24,000 nt of DNA from Burkholderiales bacterium (GTDB lineage Bacteria > Pseudomonadota > Gammaproteobacteria > Burkholderiales > SG8-41), in NCBI GenBank assembly GCA_037969525.1, contig JBBKXO010000099.1, forward strand, positions 1,610 to 25,609. Reading direction: 5' to 3'. The notes under the pieces are model-generated. The model was given only the letters and a program-made list of their open reading frames with translations. It had not been told where the DNA came from and did no database searches. This document shows positions 18,386-24,000 of this stretch, piece by piece; position 1 is the stretch's first letter; every line of letters begins with the position of its first letter. Both the position numbers and the translations under genes were made by a program.

Positions 18386-19651
18386 ATGGTCAGCCAAAAC
18401 TACAAAGCCTGGTCTGTTGTGAGCGCGAGCACCTTTGCGTTCACCGTCTGTTTCATGGTCTGGATGATGTTTGCCGTGATCGGTATTCCGATCAAGAAGA
18501 CTCTGGATCTGAACGAAACGCAATTCGGAATACTGGTGGCGTTACCGGTGCTCACCGGCTCGCTGTTCCGACTGCCCGTAGGCATGTGGACCGACAAATA
18601 TGGCGGGCGCATCGTGTTTTTCATCCTGATGGTTTCCACCATCATCCCGATCTGGTTGATTTCTGCTGGAACCAAATATTGGCATTACCTGGTGACCGGG
18701 CTGTTTGTAGGGATTGCGGGCGCATCGTTCACTGTCGGCATCGCTTATTGCGCGCGCTGGTTCCCGAAGGAGCGCCAGGGTCTGGCCATGGGTATTTTTG
18801 GCGCTGGCAATACTGGTGCAGCAATAACCAAACTCGTTGCGCCGACCATCGTAGTGGCTTACGGCTGGACCATGGTGCCGAAGGTCTATGCGGTGCTGAT
18901 GGCGGTGACGGTCATTATTTTCTGGATGTTTACCTACACCGACCCTGATCACAGTTCGGGCAAAACAACCGTAACCGTCCGTGAGCAGTTGCAGGCACTG
19001 AAGGACCCGACCGTCTGGCGCTACAGCCAGTACTATTCCATTGTGTTCGGCGGCTATGTTGCGCTGTCGCTGTGGATGACCAAGTACTACATCACCGAAT
19101 ACGGTTTTGATCTGCAGCTGGCGGCATTGCTGGCTGCTGCATTCAGCGTTCCGGGCGGTGTGCTGCGTGCGGTCGGTGGCTGGTTCTCCGACAAATTCGG
19201 CGCACATACCGTGACCTGGTGGGTGTTGTGGGTTGCTCTGGTATGCCTGTTTTTCCTCTCGTATCCGCAGACCAGTGTGACCATACAAACCGTGACCGGG
19301 CCGGCGACTTTTAATGTTGGGCTCAATTCGGTGGTGTTTACCATCCTGATGTTTACCATGGGCATTGCCTTTGCCATCGGCAAGGCATCGGTCTTCAAAT
19401 ACATCTCTGACGATTATCCCAAGAATATCGGCGTGGTTTCAGGTGTGGTGGGTCTTGCCGGCGGCATGGGCGGATTCATTCTCCCGATCATGTTCGGCGT
19501 GCTGGTCGATCTGACCGGTGTGCGCTCGTCGGCCTTCATGCTGATGTTCGGCGTCGTCTGGGTATCGCTGATGTGGATGTACTTCAAGGAGGTGCGTCCG
19601 ATGGGCATCGAGCGGGCCAAACAGCATCCCGAACCCGCGCACTTCACCTGA
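18386..19651 (+). CDS. narK1: Nitrate/nitrite transporter, NarK1-type MFS
   Basis: Within ORF 18332..19651; GILVALPVLTGSLFRLPVGMWTDKYGGR, GIAGASFTVGIAYCARWFPKERQGLAMGIFGAGNTGAAITK, GFILPIMFGVLVDLTGVRSSAFML. Start uncertain (18374 or 18386). Confidence 0.9.
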   Translation: MVSQNYKAWSVVSASTFAFTVCFMVWMMFAVIGIPIKKTLDLNETQFGILVALPVLTGSLFRLPVGMWTDKYGGRIVFFILMVSTIIPIWLISAGTKYWHYLVTGLFVGIAGASFTVGIAYCARWFPKERQGLAMGIFGAGNTGAAITKLVAPTIVVAYGWTMVPKVYAVLMAVTVIIFWMFTYTDPDHSSGKTTVTVREQLQALKDPTVWRYSQYYSIVFGGYVALSLWMTKYYITEYGFDLQLAALLAAAFSVPGGVLRAVGGWFSDKFGAHTVTWWVLWVALVCLFFLSYPQTSVTIQTVTGPATFNVGLNSVVFTILMFTMGIAFAIGKASVFKYISDDYPKNIGVVSGVVGLAGGMGGFILPIMFGVLVDLTGVRSSAFMLMFGVVWVSLMWMYFKEVRPMGIERAKQHPEPAHFT

Positions 19652-19710
19652 AAACGCAGGGCATCCGCAATGATTGCTCATACGCCGCCGCACTTTTACA
19701 AGGAACTGTG

Positions 19711-21156
19711 ATGAATGCTCAAGCAGGTGTGACCAAGCCAAAGATAGGCAGCGTGCTGCAGATCTGGACGCCGGAGGACAAGGCGTTCTGGGCGCGTGAG
19801 GGAAAAGCTATCGCTAACATCAATCTGTGGATCTCGATTCCGGCGCTGCTGCTGGCATTTGCGATCTGGATGGTGTGGAGCGTGGTGGTGGTGAATTTGC
19901 CAAACATTGGATTCAAGTTTTCAACCAATCAGCTGTTCTGGCTGGCTGCGCTGCCTGCTCTGTGTGGTGCAACGCTGCGTATTTTTTATTCGTTCATGGT
20001 GCCGATATTCGGTGGCCGCAAGTGGACTGCGGTTTCCACCGCGTCATTGTTGCTGCCGGCGCTGGGCATCGGTTTTGCCGTCCAGGATCCGACGACGAGT
20101 TATCCGACCTTTATCGTACTTGCGCTGTTATGCGGCTTTGGCGGTGGCAATTTTGCCTCCAGCATGGCCAACATCAGTTTCTTTTTTCCCAAGGAGCGCA
20201 AAGGTTCGGCACTTGGGCTGAACGCCGGGCTGGGCAACCTCGGCGTCTCGACGGTGCAGTTCGTGGTGCCGCTGGTGATCACCGCCGGGGTCTTCGGAAT
20301 GCTGGGTGGTGAACCACAGATCTGGGCCAAGGGTGCTGAGACCAAACAGATGTGGCTGCAGAACGCGGGCTTCATCTGGGTGCCGTTTATCCTGGTCGCG
20401 ACCATTGCCGCATGGTTTGGCATGAATGATATCGCCAGCGCCAGGGCTTCGTTCTCCGAGCAAGCCATAATTTTCAAGAGCAAGCACAACTGGCTGATGT
20501 GCTGGCTGTATCTGGGCACCTTCGGCTCGTTCATTGGCTACTCGGCGGGTTTTCCGTTGTTGATCAAGTCACAATTTCCGGAAGTGAATGCATTGACTTA
20601 TGCGTTCCTTGGCCCGCTGGTTGGCGCCGCAATACGTCCGTTTGGTGGCTGGTTGTCTGACAAGATGGGTGGCGCGCCGGTCACGTTCTGGAATTTCATC
20701 GCGATGGCAATCGCCGTGGTAGGCGTGCTTTATTTCCTGCCCAAAGGTGCAGGCGGTGCCATGGCTTTGCCGTGGGGACCGGCAGCCGGCAACTTCTATG
20801 GCTTTCTCGCCATGTTCATGCTGCTGTTCCTGACCACCGGCATTGGCAACGGATCCACTTTTCGCATGATTCCGGTGATTTTCATGACTGAACGCCTGAA
20901 GGCCGCGGAAGGCAAAAGTGCTGCGGACAAAGAGCAGGCGGTGAAAGACGCCAACAAAGAGGCGGCGGCAGTACTCGGGTTCACCTCCGCGATCGGCGCC
21001 TATGGTGGATTCTTCATTCCCAAAAGTTACGGTTCGTCGATTGCGATGACCGGCGGACCCGAAGCGGCGCTCTACCTGTTCATCTTCTTTTATGTCACCT
21101 GCATCGTGATGACCTGGTGGTATTACTCGAGGAAGAACGCGGAAATGCCGTGCTGA
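19711..21156 (+). CDS. narK2: Nitrate/nitrite transporter, NarK2-type MFS
   Basis: Within ORF 19573..21156; GFGGGNFASSMANISFFFPKERKGSALGLNAGLGNLGVSTVQFVVPL, FIGYSAGFPLLIKSQFPEVN, TGIGNGSTFRMIPVIF. ATG 19711 preceded by AAGGA. Confidence 0.93.
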   Translation: MNAQAGVTKPKIGSVLQIWTPEDKAFWAREGKAIANINLWISIPALLLAFAIWMVWSVVVVNLPNIGFKFSTNQLFWLAALPALCGATLRIFYSFMVPIFGGRKWTAVSTASLLLPALGIGFAVQDPTTSYPTFIVLALLCGFGGGNFASSMANISFFFPKERKGSALGLNAGLGNLGVSTVQFVVPLVITAGVFGMLGGEPQIWAKGAETKQMWLQNAGFIWVPFILVATIAAWFGMNDIASARASFSEQAIIFKSKHNWLMCWLYLGTFGSFIGYSAGFPLLIKSQFPEVNALTYAFLGPLVGAAIRPFGGWLSDKMGGAPVTFWNFIAMAIAVVGVLYFLPKGAGGAMALPWGPAAGNFYGFLAMFMLLFLTTGIGNGSTFRMIPVIFMTERLKAAEGKSAADKEQAVKDANKEAAAVLGFTSAIGAYGGFFIPKSYGSSIAMTGGPEAALYLFIFFYVTCIVMTWWYYSRKNAEMPC

Positions 21157-21169
21157 GGAGCGTATCGAA

Positions 21170-21253
21170 ATGAACAACGACCACTGCTGTAATTGCATGT
21201 TTCGTCTTGCTGCGAGACACGCCCACTTCCCACGTACCACGAGGTGCATATGA
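21170..21253 (+). other. 27-codon Cys-rich sORF MNNDHCCNCMFRLAARHAHFPRTTRCI, overlapping the narG start (ATATGA)
   Basis: GAGGAG ribosome-binding-like site at 21155-21160, ATG 21170, TGA 21251-21253. Hand translation, no homology evidence. Confidence 0.3.
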
Positions 21254-24000
21254 GCCATTTTCTTGACCGACTGAACTATTTCGCCAACCCGAAGGAATCC
21301 TTTGCTAAAGGATATGGCGTGACAACCGGGGAAGACAGGACCTGGGAAGACGCTTACCGCAATCGTTGGGCACACGACAAGATTGTGCGCTCCACCCACG
21401 GCGTGAACTGCACCGGTTCGTGTTCGTGGAAAATTTACGTCAAGGGCGGCATCGTCACCTGGGAGACCCAGCAGACCGACTACCCGCGTACCCGTTGGGA
21501 TATGCCCAATCACGAGCCGCGCGGCTGTGCCCGGGGCGCCAGCTACAGCTGGTATCTCTACAGCGCGAACCGGGTGAAGTACCCGTTGGTGCGCGGCCGT
21601 TTGTTGAAGAGCTGGCGCGAAGCGCGCATGGATAAGAATCCGGTGGACGCCTGGGCGTCCATCGTCGAGTCGGATGCCAAACGGCGCGATTATCAGAGCG
21701 TGCGCGGACTTGGCGGATTCGTGCGCTCAGGATGGGACGAAATCAACGAAATCGTCGCTGCGGCCAACGTCTACACGATCAAGAAACACGGCCCGGACCG
21801 TGTGATCGGCTTCTCGCCGATACCCGCGATGTCGATGGTCAGCTACGCCGCAGGCAGCCGTTATCTGTCGCTGATCGGCGGTGTATGCATGAGTTTCTAT
21901 GACTGGTATTGCGATCTGCCGCCGGCCAGCCCGCAGGTTTGGGGAGAGCAGACCGATGTGCCCGAATCAGCCGACTGGTACAACAGCAGCTACATCATTG
22001 CCTGGGGCTCGAATGTGCCGCAGACGCGCACGCCGGACGCGCATTTTTTCACCGAAGTGCGTTACAAAGGCACCAAGACCGTTGCGGTGACACCGGATTA
22101 TTCCGAGGTGGCCAAGCTCTCCGACATCTGGTTGCATCCCAAGCAGGGTACTGACGCGGCTGTGGCCATGGCCATGGGGCACGTGATCCTGAAAGAGTTC
22201 TACTTCGACAAACGCAGCGAGTATTTTGACGATTACGCACGTCGCTATACCGATCTGCCCATGCTGGTGACGTTGAAGGAGCAGGTACTGGAGAACGGCG
22301 TGAAAGTGATGGTGCCGGACCGCTATGTCCGTGCATCGGATTTCGAGGATCAGCTCGGCCAGACCAATAATCCGGAATGGAAAACCGTTGCCATCGATAC
22401 TACCGGCAAAGTCGTTCTGCCCAATGGTGCGATCGGATTCCGCTGGGGCGCTGATGGCCGTGCCGATCAGGGGCAGTGGAACCTGGAGGCGAAGGAAGCG
22501 CATCACGGCACCGACGTCAAGCTCAAGCTGTCGCTGCTGGAAGGCGATGCAGCCGACAAGGAAACAGCCAAGGTTGGCTTCCCGTATTTCGGCGGTATTG
22601 TCAGCGAGCATTTCAAGAACAACGTGTTGAGCGGTGAGAATGGTGATGTGTTGGTGCGTACGGTGCCGGTGCAGCGTATTGCCATCGGCAACGCCGGCGA
22701 CAAACATGAAGTGCTGGTAGCCACCGTATTCGACCTGCAGGCGGCGAATTACGGCGTGGCGCGCGGTCTGCCGGGCGAGCTGGCGGCGACCAGTTACGAC
22801 GACGACACGCCTTACACGCCGGCATGGCAGGAACGCATTACCGGAACGCCGCGTGACCAGGTGATCGCCGTAGCGCGCCAGTTTGCCGACAATGCCAACA
22901 AGACCCATGGCAGATCGATGGTCATTATCGGCGCGGCGATGAATCACTGGTACCACAGCGACATGAACTATCGTGGCATCATCAACATGCTGATGATGTG
23001 TGGTTGCATCGGCAAGAGCGGCGGCGGCTGGGCGCACTACGTGGGTCAGGAAAAGCTGCGGCCGCAAACCGGCTGGACTCCACTGGCTTTTGCACTCGAC
23101 TGGGTACGTCCGCCGCGGCAGCAGAACAGCACCAGTTTTTTCTATGCGCACACTGACCAGTGGCGCTCCGAGAAGCTGGGTGTTTCGGAAGTGCTCTCGC
23201 CACTGGCGGACAAGAAGGAGTTCGGCGGCAGCATGATCGACTACAACGTGCGTGCCGAGCGCATGGGCTGGCTGCCTTCAGCGCCGCAACTGAAGACCAA
23301 TCCGCTGCAGGTGGTGCGCGATGCGCAGGCGGCAGGGGCGGACCCGAAAGATTACGCCGTCAAGGCGCTGAAGAGCGGCTCACTGAAAATGAGCTGCGAA
23401 GACCCGGACCATCCCGACAACTGGCCGCGCAACCTGTTCGTCTGGCGTTCCAACCTGCTGGGATCCAGCGGCAAGGGCCATGAATATTTTCTCAAGCATC
23501 TGTTGGGCACCAGCCACGGCGTGCAGGGCAAGGATCTGGGCGTCGACGACGCCAAGCCGCAGGAAGTGGTTTGGCACGACAAGGCGCCGGAAGGCAAGCT
23601 GGACCTGCTGGTTACCCTCGATTTCCGCATGAGCACGACGTGCTTGTATTCGGACATCGTATTGCCGACTGCCACTTGGTACGAGAAAAATGATCTCAAT
23701 ACCAGTGATATGCATCCTTTTATCCATCCGCTGTCCACCGCGGTGGATCCGGCCTGGCAATCGAGGAGTGACTGGGACATCTACAAGGGCTTCGCGCAGA
23801 AGTTCAGCGAAGTCTGTGTCGGTCATCTGGGCGTCGAGAAAGAACTGGTACTGACGCCTCTGATGCACGATACGCCGGGCGAACTGGCTCAGCCGTTTGA
23901 GGTGAAGGACTGGAAGCGCGGCGAAGTGGAGTTGATCCCGGGTAAAACGGCGCCGCAGATGACTGTGGTCGAGCGTGATTACCCGAATGTCTACAAGCGC
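21250..24000 (+). CDS. narG: Respiratory nitrate reductase alpha subunit, truncated by window end
   Basis: Hand translation from ATG 21250: MSHFLDRLNYFANPKESFAKGYGVTTGEDRTWEDAYRNRWAHDKIVRSTHGVNCTGSCSWKIYVKGGIVTWETQQTDYPRTRWDMPNHEPRGCARGASYSWYLYSANRVKYP..., a classic NarG N-terminus. Not in the supplied ORF track, presumably because it lacks a stop in the window. Confidence 0.97.
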   Translation, partial: MSHFLDRLNYFANPKESFAKGYGVTTGEDRTWEDAYRNRWAHDKIVRSTHGVNCTGSCSWKIYVKGGIVTWETQQTDYPRTRWDMPNHEPRGCARGASYSWYLYSANRVKYPLVRGRLLKSWREARMDKNPVDAWASIVESDAKRRDYQSVRGLGGFVRSGWDEINEIVAAANVYTIKKHGPDRVIGFSPIPAMSMVSYAAGSRYLSLIGGVCMSFYDWYCDLPPASPQVWGEQTDVPESADWYNSSYIIAWGSNVPQTRTPDAHFFTEVRYKGTKTVAVTPDYSEVAKLSDIWLHPKQGTDAAVAMAMGHVILKEFYFDKRSEYFDDYARRYTDLPMLVTLKEQVLENGVKVMVPDRYVRASDFEDQLGQTNNPEWKTVAIDTTGKVVLPNGAIGFRWGADGRADQGQWNLEAKEAHHGTDVKLKLSLLEGDAADKETAKVGFPYFGGIVSEHFKNNVLSGENGDVLVRTVPVQRIAIGNAGDKHEVLVATVFDLQAANYGVARGLPGELAATSYDDDTPYTPAWQERITGTPRDQVIAVARQFADNANKTHGRSMVIIGAAMNHWYHSDMNYRGIINMLMMCGCIGKSGGGWAHYVGQEKLRPQTGWTPLAFALDWVRPPRQQNSTSFFYAHTDQWRSEKLGVSEVLSPLADKKEFGGSMIDYNVRAERMGWLPSAPQLKTNPLQVVRDAQAAGADPKDYAVKALKSGSLKMSCEDPDHPDNWPRNLFVWRSNLLGSSGKGHEYFLKHLLGTSHGVQGKDLGVDDAKPQEVVWHDKAPEGKLDLLVTLDFRMSTTCLYSDIVLPTATWYEKNDLNTSDMHPFIHPLSTAVDPAWQSRSDWDIYKGFAQKFSEVCVGHLGVEKELVLTPLMHDTPGELAQPFEVKDWKRGEVELIPGKTAPQMTVVERDYPNVYKR

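Noticed and set aside
19670-19711. sORF MIAHTPPHFYKEL overlapping the narK2 start (TGATG)
   Set aside because: Its end contains the narK2 ribosome-binding site and it lacks a convincing one of its own; most likely chance.
21967-23151. 394-aa minus-strand ORF opposite narG
   Set aside because: It lies entirely antisense to a strongly supported narG. The product shows no recognisable family, consistent with a shadow ORF in GC-rich DNA.
15520-24000. narXL-narK1K2-narG as a novel system
   Set aside because: This gene content is the well-known respiratory nitrate reduction locus; only the flanking relic and small elements are unusual.
1-24000. CRISPR arrays, tRNA/rRNA genes, transposases, toxin-antitoxin or phage modules
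   Set aside because: None could be recognised by inspection; no regularly spaced repeats and no such signatures in the ORF track.

Overview
24 kb chromosomal window from a GC-rich, probably gammaproteobacterial genome (taxon inferred from gene content only). Left to right it holds: the 3' end of an SLC13-type permease; two convergently placed SulP anion transporters; twin monoheme cytochromes c; nth; an SH3-protein/M48-peptidase pair; rnfB-like, ald and pyrD; a PAP2 phosphatase; a two-component histidine kinase/response regulator; the N-degron transferases bpt and aat; then a nitrate respiration locus, narX-narL-narK1-narK2-narG (narG runs off the end). The most notable observation is in the apparently empty gap between aat and narX (about 15018-15502). 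It contains a perfect FNR/Anr box with a class-II promoter layout, followed by a decayed cbb3 oxidase maturation locus. This comprises a ccoI/fixI remnant reduced to its N-terminal CFHCGLP motif fused to its C-terminal tail (ATLGMSVS*LAVVPNALRLLRT), then a nearly complete ccoS broken by one inserted A at 15419. That relic promoter is the nearest clear anaerobic promoter upstream of narXL, which suggests promoter capture. Other items are a three-fold about 21-bp TTGAT-N5-ATCAG iteration upstream of the cytochromes, a hairpin/direct repeat upstream of narK1, a Cys-rich sORF overlapping the narG start, and a SulP protein with a roughly 150-aa domain insertion. I see no CRISPR array, tRNA, rRNA, transposase or clear novel defence system.
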